64,000 nucleotides of DNA, taken from Bilabrum cf. latius (lineage: Eukaryota). A program made the position numbers and the translations under genes. The first letter of the stretch is position 1. Every line of letters starts with the position of its first letter. The notes beneath the pieces were generated by a model that saw only the letters and a list, made by a program, of their open reading frames with translations, was not told where the DNA came from and searched no databases. Where the stretch lies: the NCBI GenBank assembly GCA_965178125.1, contig OZ237765.1, positions 186,001 through 250,000 on the forward strand, read 5' to 3'. Shown here one piece after another: positions 50,502 to 61,970 of this stretch.

Positions 50502-52893
50502 GTCGTAGGTGGTAAATTAGGACTCCATATGAATGTAGCACACGTTGATCTTGGTACAGTGCGTATGGCAGTAAAGTGCAGTGAAGCGCGCTTTGAGGTT
50601 CCGTCAGGTGCCTCATGGTGCCACTCAGTGAGACTAGACCGGAGGCAGGCACCATGGCGAGACTCTCTCCATACTCGTGTTCAAGCTATTGAATGATGTA
50701 AATTATGGTAGCTGTGTATATAATTGTAGTATATTAATCTATGTGGTGATTTGAGATGCTATTGGCTCCATGTAACACGAGATATTAATGCCGTTCGCAA
50801 GTTGCAGTTGGACTCTCAAAGATTTGATATCTAGTTCAGCATGACTGTAGGGGTTACGCAGGATCTGCGCATCGCAGTTCAGTATTAGTACCAAAATATA
50901 TTACTTTAGCAGCCGTCCGCTGCTGTACATCGCTGCAACTTAGCAGTCCGCCAGTTGGCCAGAAAAACATGTTCAGACTAGCGCTTTAATAAAACAGTGA
51001 TGCGATATGTACGACCCAAATATAATTTTCATATATATAAATAATTGTTTCCAGCGGGAGTCAGGCTTGATATCCGTCACGTTCCACATCTTTACAAGGT
51101 CAACCAAATCGTCATGTAATATCTTCGACCGTCATTTATGCGACTAATGGAGGGTTAGTGGCAAGCAAAGTGCTGCTAAGTGGTTGATGGGTAGAAAATA
51201 TGGCAGCAAGGGGAGTGTGATATCGTACAACGCAAGGTATGGTTGGGCTGTCTCTGGCTTGCCTGCCAGCCCGTGCACCAATGCCCTACTTGCTTTGTCG
51301 CGCAGTCGAAGAGGAGCCGACCTGTGCGCATAGAGACTGCTAAATGACATCATACTTGGTTGTGAATAAAAGGGCGGAACCTGGTACAGACTAGCCCTTT
51401 GGAGGCCGTATCGCACTTGCCTGCGCAGGGCCCCCCTGCGCTCGGACTGCTCGGCTCCCATTCTGGGGCTCCGAAACCCGTGCACACACGCCCACTGAGA
51501 ATCCACGCAAAATCCACGGGGAAAGCTTTCCGCTCGCAAATAGCACAAATACATGGTAAACAAACTTGGTTATAGAGATTGATTTGTGTAGCTCACAAAT
51601 AAGGTAGCGAGGGGCTTGCCAGCAGGAGCCCCGTGGCTCTCCCCCCATCCAGGACGACCACGAGACCTGGCCCTGGGAGCTCTGCTAAACTCGACTCAGT
51701 AGTCGTGACGTTGCCTCTTGATAACTGCAGTCGGGGTCATGTGCAATCAAGGCGCTAACATGAGCTTGTATGCCACTGCAACTCCATCTTGTCGGTCAGC
51801 GACCCCAAGTCTGCAAGGCGATCAGCAAGTGCTCACCGCCTCGACAGATGAGGCAGGGTCGTCCATACGACCGTAGAACCCAGTCCCACGCTGCATTCCT
51901 TACAGAAATTGGTTAAAGTGTCATTCTTTACCATGCAAAAGGCTTGGCTCCGAGCAGTCTTGCCTGACTGGGAGCGTACCATAGCCTACCTGAGTCTGCA
52001 GCAAGCAGCTCATCAACCACCCGCTCCATGATTGCCCGATACATCTGGGCACCAATCCGACAAACCCAGTGCTAGCCGCCACCGGAACTTCATATTCATA
52101 CCATATGCAGTTCCCTGCATGACTGCCAAGGCATATCCTCGCAGGGAAGGTGTGGAGCTTGCTTGTGCAAGTCAGGTGAAGCACATGAGCTCTAAGCAGT
52201 TCGAGACGTCATCATACCTTGATATTTTGGTCTACCTTCATCCGTGATAGATACGATCGACGCATACATGGTGATTACTGATACAGTGAAACCGCTGCAT
52301 CCAAAATGAGTACAGGAGAGTGCCTTGTTCAGCAGCCCCCACTTTTGGGATGCCACAGAAAGCCACCGCAAGGCGTCAATTGTCGCTTCAGCTGAGCATC
52401 AACACCCTTCACTACACTACAGTTCCATAACGTGTTGTATATGTTCAGTAAAGCTGCAATTGTCTGCATCAGCTTCCCGATCAGAAGTCGAGACATCCTG
52501 GTCAGCATTGCTCCAAACAATCTTGACGTTGACGAATTATTGGGGGGGGGGGGATGTAGGTTCAGTGGATACATTTAAGCACATTAAACTATCTGGGCAG
52601 GAAAAACAACCGCATGCTACCACGCCCTGGCTGTACTGTATGATTTTAGGAAGTCTCACCATGCTTCCTGCCAACTCCAGCATGTGACGATTTCGGCCGC
52701 CGGGGAGCGGTAAGCAGCCTTCTTTAACCCCCGGTATCTCAGGCTGTAGAAGCCTTTGGGACATCAAACTCCACAAATTGATTGAAAACTGTAGTATATA
52801 TCCATAAATATAACAAATAATTCAATTTAATCGCAATTTAATGACAAACGAGTCACCGTCTCAGGCGGCGATTTGCTCCGATCTAGTCTCACC

Positions 52894-55089
52894 ATGAAGG
52901 CACCTGACGGTTCGTTCGTCACAGCCAATATTCAACAATGATCTAGATATGCTACTGAATGTCAAACAGAGCCAAAATCACGAGTGAAAAGCGACGTACA
53001 ACGCGACAAATGGCGTCATTTGCGTCTTCACTTGTCGCAGACGTCCAACGGCGCGCCAAGTAGTCCTGGCTTGGGAACTCACAGGTGTACGATTACTTGC
53101 ACCATGCTGAGGAAGCTAGTATCCCTATTCTGTCGTCGCCGCCAAGTCTACCTGCTTGTAAGTTGATTAGTTGTATGTGTACGCCCGTTACTTTAGCCTG
53201 TTGTACTTTGCACCGACCATCTTGCCTCATCAGTGACTTGGTTGAAAACTGCATTTTTTCGCAGCTGGAACACTCTGCGTGTATCAGCGACTCACAAAGT
53301 ATAGGACTGATGGTCACACATGGAAGACAAAAAGCAGAGCCGGCAGCCGGGGAAGCTCAACACAGAGCCTCGTGGAGAGCCATATGCAGCTATAGGTTCC
53401 AACCGGGCGTGGGCGAGCACGCTTGTAGTGCTACTACGGCCAGGGTGCCGGCGATAATCCACTGCATAGGCGAATCTATTGGGTTGCAAAAGAACCTGCT
53501 GGCAGAATGCCTCCAATCGCGCGCTCCGCGGCACCAGCTCTGGAGGCGGCGATTCAGGCCAGAGACCGAGCTTAGGTCAAGTCTGGGGCAGCGGCAGACA
53601 ATGGCTCCAAAGGAGCAAAGCCTTCCAAATCCTCTACCGGTGGAGACGGTGGATTGCTTTTGAATTCAGTGCTCCGCAGGCACGCCCTAGTTCTCGTGCA
53701 CTACCTGCACCCTGACGTGGCCGCCGGTAAACTGTCCGGCCTCGAGGCGAGCACTACCGGCGGAGCAGTTGCTCGGGCTAGCGAACCGGCGCCCTCCGCA
53801 CCCCCACAAGTGTCCGTGTCTACATCTTCATCAATGGCAGTGCAGTCTGGCGATGCCAGCTCATAGGCACAGGCATAGGCATAGGGATAGGGATAGGGAT
53901 ATGGATAGCATGCCGGGAGCAGCAGCTCGATCGTGCCGCCCAGGCTGCCGCCTTCGAGCTTTAAATCCTCCTCCATCACGCCTGGGGCGGAGAGTGTCGG
54001 TCGTTCCCAACTTCAAGTCAGCTAGCTTTTTCCGTCCGGCCACCAGCGGTACGGCGGTCCGGAGCCGAATATGCCCGGAAGCCACAGCTTCGGAGTCCAT
54101 GCGGCCTCCTTGCCTGCCGTGCACGGTATCACCCACATCTCTCAGCCGAGAGGCACGGGCTTGGGTGTGACGAGTGGGATGGGCAGACCCCGCAGCATGA
54201 GCATCGGGAGCGTGCCATCGGAGCACTCGTCACACCCAGGTAGACTGTCGCCGTCTGGGTCGGACTGGGACGGACAGGACGTCGACACCCTGACCGGCGC
54301 CGCGCATTCCTCGTAGGTTCCGCATGACGGCCTCCAGGGGGTGTCACCCATGCAGCCTGCAGGGTCTGCCTTGGTTCCGGCGAATGCTAGCGAAGGTTCT
54401 CTGGGGTTCTCTCGCGACCACCCCTACCTGTCAGATTCGGACCGTCGCCAGCCCATGCTCGCACAGCCATCAGTCGGGCACGTAGGGCGAGGAGGAGACA
54501 GGGCGCAGCCTAGCATGGGGACTGGACTGGGGATGGGGCCATTGCAGGAGCCTGGGTTGCGGTCGAGCGTTGACTCCGGCATCAGCAATCATGATGGGAT
54601 GGGCATGGGCATCAGCAATGGCATGGGCATGGGCATGGGCATGGGCATGGGAATGGGCATGGGAATGGGCATGAGGACTGCAGGCAGCCACCGGAGCAGC
54701 GAAATGACAACGGGGCCCGGCATAGCGACGGCCGTTCCAGCTGGTGTGACGAGTGGATCGGGGCCTCCGCTGGCTGTAGACACGAGGTAGGCAAGTGGTG
54801 ACGAGAGCAAGCTCGGCGTGTCCCCGGCGAGCACTCCCGGGGTCGATTCTCGCCGAAGGAGATCCAGGAAGCGAAACAGACATGAGGCAACACCAGTACC
54901 AGTGCAAGTGCCAGGAAGTCGCGCCGTGGATCGCGCGCTCGTCACACCTTTCCCAACGCAAAGGAGACGGAGCACTGGGCAGGTGCCTTCTAGTACGCTG
55001 GTAGGGGTTCGCGATGGGTCGGCGATGGGGCTGCCCCCGCAGCTGCCGCAAGCATCCAGCAGCGCTGGGGAAACGGCGATCGACCCAAG

Positions 55090-55121
<32 letters not shown>

Positions 55122-57652
55122 CGTCACACTACCTCCGCACCATGGTACGCCATATGATCGCCTTGGCCCGCAGCAGCCCCGGCATGCAGGGCGAGATGGC
55201 GGTGAACGACTCGGAATCGGGCCTGTCCCTGCTGCACGTGGCCGTCATCTGCGGCGACCACGACGTGCTTTAGGCCCTGCTGCAGTTCGGGGTGTCCCCC
55301 AACGATGTGACGAGTGAGGGACAGCTCCCGCTGGGGCTGGCCGCCGCCCGTGGAAACGGGCCCATGTGCGCTGCTCTTCTGCGAGCGGGTGCAGACCCTG
55401 GCGCGCACTCACGGCGGGGCCTCACCGCCGAAGTCGAGGCCCAGAGGGGGGGCTTCAGGGAACTAGCAGAGGCGCTACTGGTGTGCACGGAGAGGCACGC
55501 ATCCAGGGAACAAGCGATGGGAGGGCTTGGAACAGGCGGAGGCGGCGGAGGCGCGGGCGAAGGCGATTGCGAGGCCAGCAGCCTGGCAGTCTTGCAGGAG
55601 CTGCGACGCGTGTACGGCGAGTGGAGGGCCGCAGTGGATGCTGTGGAGCAGACTGGGTCCCCAGCAGATCACGGGGACGATGCAATTCCAGGGAACAGTG
55701 GCACCACAGAGGCTCCGAGTCGGTAGGGGCAGGCACCCATGGAGGATGTGGACTCGGCTTTGCCTGCCCTGCCAGCACCTGCACTCCCACTTGGCGCCAG
55801 CGTAGGCAGTGGCACGGATGTGGTGGGGACAATAAACGGTGTCATGACTCGCAGAAAGAGTAGCGGCAGCAGCAGCAGCAGCAGCGGCCAAGGGGTGGGA
55901 AAAATCGATGGAAAGTCAGTGGGCAGTGAGCACAAGTCGAGCCCGTCCGTTAGAATCGAACCCGGTACGTCGCCGTTGGCAAACGGAACCGCGCTTGCAG
56001 CGCCTGACAGAGACTCTGATGGTGGCAGCAGGAGCAGGATGGGAATGCCAGACCCAATGGCTGCTGCAGAGATACGTGAGCAGGACAGGCGGCTGCTCCT
56101 GCACGCGCTGCAGACGCTACCCACAGAGGACAAGGAAGCGATGAGGCTCGCAGCGGCCCAGGGAACAATGCATTCCCAGGGAGCAAGTGCTAGGCAGCTC
56201 GATGGATCGGTGCAGGGTTCAATCGGATTGGATAGCGTGGGCGCGCTGGGCGGGGCTGACGAAGCAGTGGTACTGGGCGCAGCAGTGGGCGCAGGAGTGG
56301 GGGAGCAACTTCTTGGAGCCCAAGCAGACGGGGCCTCATCCATTATTTCCGACACGGGCAGCCGGCGGTCATCTGCGTCTCGGCGCCCCGTGCGCGGGGT
56401 GCACATGTCCGTTGAGCCGCCATCCCCCGCGGCACTGGCGGCCGCCGCTCGTGCCCAAGGCGGCTCTATGTCCGATGTCGAGGGCGCGCGTTCCGTGTCT
56501 GCAAGCAGCACCGCGGGCAGCGGGATCTTCGGCGGGCTCGGGGTCGGTATCGAGGACATTGACGTGGTGTCTGTGCTCAGCGAATCGCTGGATGCGGTTC
56601 AGCAGCAGCACCAGGGAACAACAAGCGGTGGCGCCGGTGAGGCCTCTTCAGGTGCGCTCTCGGCTGCACTGGCCGGGATGCGCGGCCGCGGTCCTGGGCC
56701 GGAGAGGGGGGACTCTCGAGGAGCAGAGAGCGACGGATCCTCCCAGGGAACAACTGGGATCGAGAAGGAGGCCCGCAGGATCCAGAGCAACGTGAGGGCC
56801 TGGCTGCGCAGGAAGTCCTTCCTCAGCGTCAGGCGGGCGGCACGCACCATGCAGCGGTTCGTGCGGCGGGCCAGGACGCAGCGCGGCAGGCAGGGGGTCA
56901 TGCTCGGGATCGACATAAGATCGGAGAGTGGCCAAACCGGTGGCGACTCCTCCCCTCTCCCAAGAGGCAGGGTTGACGTCCTGGGAAGCATCGCTGAAGT
57001 CGGCGCGGGAGCGGCTCAGGAGAACGTGGCCGGTCCTCGGGATAGAAACGCGGCCAGGTCGAGCACATCATCCTCTTCCTCGTCAACTCCTTCGAATTCG
57101 AATGCGGGGCGTCAGTCTGCCGGGAGTGGGTCGGCTTCCCCGCCGGACCGGCAGGCCGCCAGCGCTGCGACCATGCTGCAGGCTCGGATTAGGGGCATCA
57201 TCGCCCGGAGGGAGCTGCAGGAGCTGAGGAGGCAGGCTGCAGCTGCCATGGTGATCCAGCGAAACATGAAGAAATGGGCTGTGACCGAGCAGGACGGATC
57301 AGCGGGGAGCCAGAGCAGCGCGGAAGACGAGGAGAGGTAGGGAGACGATGACAGCAGCGATGAGGACGGTAATCTACCGCCTGGCGGTGGCATGCGGGGT
57401 GCTGCTAGAGGAAGGGTTGTCGGGAATTTGAGGAGGTCCCTATCCGGGTCGTCATTGTCGATTTCGATGCAGGGAGCAGGCGATGTGCGGGGCCGCGGCA
57501 GGGACAGAGACAGTGACGGGGCTGGCACAGAGTCACCCCCAATGCGAGAGGCAGGGTCCGAGATATCCTCCCTTCTGGGCACTGGCTCGTCACCACACCC
57601 TGAAACTGGTGAGTCCGCTGCGAAAAGGATGCGGGTGGAGAAAGGATCATGA
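52894..57652 (+). CDS. CAMTA-like transcription factor (CG-1 DNA-binding domain, ankyrin repeats, IQ motifs)
   Basis: Probable exons 52894-52909 (tentative), 53041-53157, 53265-57652. CG-1 domain AK*SWL…PASGTLCVY…YRTDGHTWKTK…ESHMQL*V…L*CYY…LHRRIYW…LVLVHYL. Ankyrins GLSLLHVAV…DVL*ALL and GQLPLGLAA. IQ motifs IQSNVRAWLRRK and LQARIRGIIARR. 15 in-frame TAG; stop TGA. Confidence 0.88.
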
Positions 57653-57934
57653 GAGAATCGGAAAGACTGGAACTGGTGCGGCCCGGGGGTGCTGCAATCT
57701 CCGGGTCCGTGGGTGAGGCTTTTCTTGCGTCTATCCAGTTTTGGAAGCGCACTTTGTGAACAGATTATGGGTTTATGTCACACTGGATCCGGGGCTAGAA
57801 TTCGGATGAGATGAGTAGATAATAGACGATGATATTTGCTCCAAAACCCCCCTAGCTAGGATAGAGCTCGGTTCCGTCGCGAGCACACCGCAAACCAAGC
57901 CATTCGACAATTTTTCGGGAGCAACGACTTGCTG

Positions 57935-60900
57935 TTACTGAAACAAGGTGAACCGCTGCACGCAAGAGGTCATCTGGACCGTCCTCGCCGCCCTGCGCAG
58001 AAGCGCTTCCGTCTCACCCTCTCCGACCGAAGCATCGAAGAGACCCACGAGGCATAGACCAGGACCAGCGTGCCCGCTGCTGCTGCCGGCCCAGAAGCCC
58101 CCGTCTGGCCCTGCCGTGCCGCTCCCCGCCCCGCTCGACGGCTTTCCAGCACCATCACTCCCCACCAGCACCTTGCCCGCCTTTCCGTCCCCTGCCCCGG
58201 CATCCGCATCCTCTGCCCCGAATCCTGAGGGCCTGGCCTCGCTCTTCCACAGCCCTGCCACCACGCCGTCCGAGCATCGCTGGGCCACGAACTCTCGTTG
58301 CACTCGAGACCCGGCCCCGCCCATGAGCGTGCTGACGATGTGCTGGTACCTTCGGAAGAGCCTCTTGCGCGGCTTGTACCCAAACATACCGGGAGGCAGC
58401 CTGCTGCATACCACCTGGGGCGGCGAGGCTCCCAAGTACGCCACCACTAGATGCGCAAGTCCCGGCGCCTGGAACTGCGCCGGGTCGGGACCCCCAGATC
58501 GCACCGAACCGGTCATGGGCCGGAGAGAGGCTGCTTGCCTCAGCTGCGACAGCACGCTACCACCGACCTTTGGCATGCTTGGAATCGAGTCGCCGTCGTT
58601 GGTGATCAGCACAAGGTACACGTCGTCCATGTCGGTGTCCTGCGTTTCGCGGGGCAGGGGCTTTCCCCTTTGCACGTCGTACATGTCCGCAAGCACGCCG
58701 GGCGTCAGCCGAGCGCCCCCACCGAGCCACTGCTGGCCCAGCTTCAGCGCGGCGCCCTGGTTCCGCTCGTGTTCCCCGACAGGATCGGCACGCTTCCCAG
58801 GGGCACCGTCACCGGCGCCCGACTCGCCTGACGATGGCGACGGGCTTCGCGCACGGTCCGTGGCTAGGGACGGACCCGCGAGTGTACCGGGCCTCTAGTA
58901 AATACTGGCGGCGTTCTGATGTTCCCTGCCGTCCGCGAAAGAAGAAGAAGAGGAAGACGAAGCAGCAGCAGCTGACGCTGCCAGGGAGCCTCTCCCGTTG
59001 GCTCCCATGTAAGATGACCCACCGGCCCCAGCGCCTACCCACCTGCTCTAGTTCTCCAAAAGATCTGCAGCCGCCACTGCCCGCTCAGCCCCCTGTATGG
59101 TCTGGTCAGCCCACCTGAGGTGAGCGTCCAGCTGCCTCTCGTTGGCCACTGTGGTGAGTGGGTCATAGCTGGGCCTCGGGCCAGACCTCAGTGTTCCTTC
59201 CTCCAGTCCTGTCCTGGCCCATGCAGCAGGGAGAGAGGGGCGGGGGAGCTCCGGGGGATGAGCACCTTCGTGCAATGCGCTTTGACCCGGGGGGTTCGCC
59301 GGATCCATGGAAGGTTCCCCCTCCCCTCTCGCCCTCTTGCGCACCAGCCGCCGGTCGGATTTGGCCCTGTCGTGCGCTTTCCTCGTCACACCCTGCAGCA
59401 TCCGCCGGAGGCGACGGGCGGAGGAGGCACCCGGCACTGTCGACAGGAATGCCTGCTCCCCGGAGCGGAACCGGCGCCGCGCTTCGTCCGCCTCGGATGC
59501 CACTTCCCTTGTCTCGTCGGTACCCGAGGCTGCACCCGCTCCAGCCCCGGGGCCGGGGCCGCCGCCATCATGACTGACGCCTGCATCACCGTGCGATGCA
59601 TCCAATCCAACCGCCGGGTTGCTCGCGATGGCACGCAGCACGTCCTGTCCCGCACCACCGTGCGATGCATCCATGCCACCGTCCCTGTCCCTGTCCCTGT
59701 CCCTGGGGCTGGAATGCGCGGACCGCGACGACCCCCGGGACCTGGAAGTGAATCTACCCGCTCCTTGGATCTCTTGTTCCCCAGAGCCTTGTTCCTCGGC
59801 GGTCAGGCCCTCTAAGGGCAGCTGGGGAGGAGCGACGAATGAGCCGTCCGTGCGGCGCTGCTGCGGCGGAACCGACGGCGCCGCGCGATGGCGGACGGTG
59901 GGCGCGCTGTGGGCCCCAACTGAGGAAGACGTGTCGCCGCCCCTTCGCTCGTCGCTGTTCCATGAATCCCCCTCCCGCCCACCAACCCCGCCCGCAGCAT
60001 CCCGGGCGGCCAGGGCAGCAGACTCCGCCGCGAGCGCGACCGCGTCCGTACTCAGCTCCTCTTGCCTGTGTTCCCTGCGCTCCTGGATGCCGGTTGCAAC
60101 CTCCTCGGCGGGAGCCCTCACATCCGCCTCCATCTGGGTGGCCAAAGTGAGGGCCCTCCGCGACGATTGGGAGGTCCCGTATGCGGGGGCGCGCGATTGG
60201 CCCCCTTCTCTTGCAGCACTGGCATCGGCTGCTGCTCCCACGGCTGCCTGAGTTCCGGTCTGCGGTGGTTCCTTCCGGTCCGAATGCGCGGCGCCGCTCG
60301 CTTGCGGAACGTATTCCTCGATTTCTGCCACTGTTTCGGAGAGCGCAGGCGCGACCCTCGACGGTCCCCTCGTGATGGAGCCCAGGTAGCTCACGTGGGC
60401 GTAGAGGTACCCAGTGGAGGAGATGGAGGGGAGGCAGATGGGCAGGATGGCGGGGGCCAGCCGCATCTGGGGGTTGCTGTGGATTTGGGCTCCGAGTAGG
60501 ACGAGGTCCCGCGGCCTCAGCTGCAGGTGGGGCCTGCTCGGCTGCACCAGAGCAGCGATTTCGGCGCCCGCAAACACGCAGGCGTAGTGGGCATGCGGCC
60601 TGGCGGATTCAAGCACCTTGCGCATCGTGTTGCGGTGCCTGAGCTCCAGTGGCAAAACCGGAACTGCGTCGAAGAGCAGCAGCGGCGCTCGGTTGCAGAA
60701 GCGGAGCAGGGTTCGGAAGACCCCTTCGTTGGCCCGAACAAGCTTTCTGAGGTCTTGTCGCGGGGCCTCGACCGTTCGCAGCGTGGCTCCGAATACAAGG
60801 GCGTCGTGCAGCGCGCCTAACTGCGCCCTGAGGTGTTCCTCACTCTCCCCAGTGCGCGAGGCGGCGAGCATGCGGAGCCTGCCTCGGCGCTCCACGACCA

Positions 60901-61461
60901 CCATTAGATCTCCCATGCTGATCGTGCTGCGAGCGAGCAACTTGCGAATGAGAGTACATTTGTAGTGTTATAGGTTATTGGGCAGGGTTGGCAGCTGTCA
61001 CAGGTAATAGACCTCTGGATCGCTGGGGACATCGTGTAAATACCGATCAACAGCAGCTACTACCAAGGGCAAGAGCTCACCGGAGAGGATCACCAGAGTC
61101 ATCAAATCGATCGATTAGCATCGAAATGAGCGCGCATTGATTGCTGGCCTCGCGCTCTGTGCCGTACCTGCGGTACGTGCCCAAATCCACACAATCGAAA
61201 AGTCCAGTAGATATGTGCAAAATGCGTAATCCAAGCAAACCACTAATAGATGTAAACATTATATAGCTGCATACCTCCAGAACACCGGCCTCCCGCCGGC
61301 ATCAATCATAAATATGTGTTTATTTCGTTTCTTCCAAACTGCGCCAAAGTCAATTGAGTACGTACTCGCGAACAGTGCACGGGTACAAGTGGTAAGTCAT
61401 CATAAGCGAGCATAGGTTGCTTACCAGAAAGCCTAGGCGGGCCATCGGCGGCCAGTTCCAT
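57935..61461 (-). CDS. MON1: Vacuolar fusion protein Mon1 (Rab7 GEF subunit)
   Basis: Exons 61461-61425, 61338-61275, 61167-61081, 60926-57935, all GT-AG and phase-consistent. WKKRNKHIFMIDAGGRPVFWRYGTE, SRTGESEEHLRAQL, DLRKL, PICLP…GYLYAHVSYL. TAG 59048 and 58895; stop TAA. Confidence 0.88.
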
Positions 61462-61970
61462 TCGCTACTGTGGCTGGACCCCGTCGTCTCGAGGATGCAG
61501 TGCTGCCAAGCCGGAAGCGTCTCGCCGGCGGGGCCCCGGCTTGCGAGCTGGGCCGAACCATGCACTATAGCTGTGCTGATGCCGTGGCAGGCAGCGAGAA
61601 ACTGTGGTGCCCTATACGGCACCCCGTGTATTGTATGGCACGGCCTTATCGTGAAGGGATACTGTAGTAGGCAAGTGAATCTAGAGTCTGTCTGCCACTC
61701 GCTGTTGCGAACACACTCTGCACAGACGTTAAAAGCGCTTCGACATCAATGTCATAAGTAGACACACGGCCGCGACAGGATTTACCCGCGCGACCGAAGG
61801 CAACAGAGTGCCGCCCAATCCCCCCTCTCGCTTCCTCATTGCACGGGGACAAGGGCACTCCACTGTCCTCTGAATCAGCATCACCGCCCTCACGACCGTA
61901 GCACCACTCACATCTGAAGCGAGTCCAGCGCGCGGCCCAGCCCGACCCGATCCAACCAACAACCCATTCA

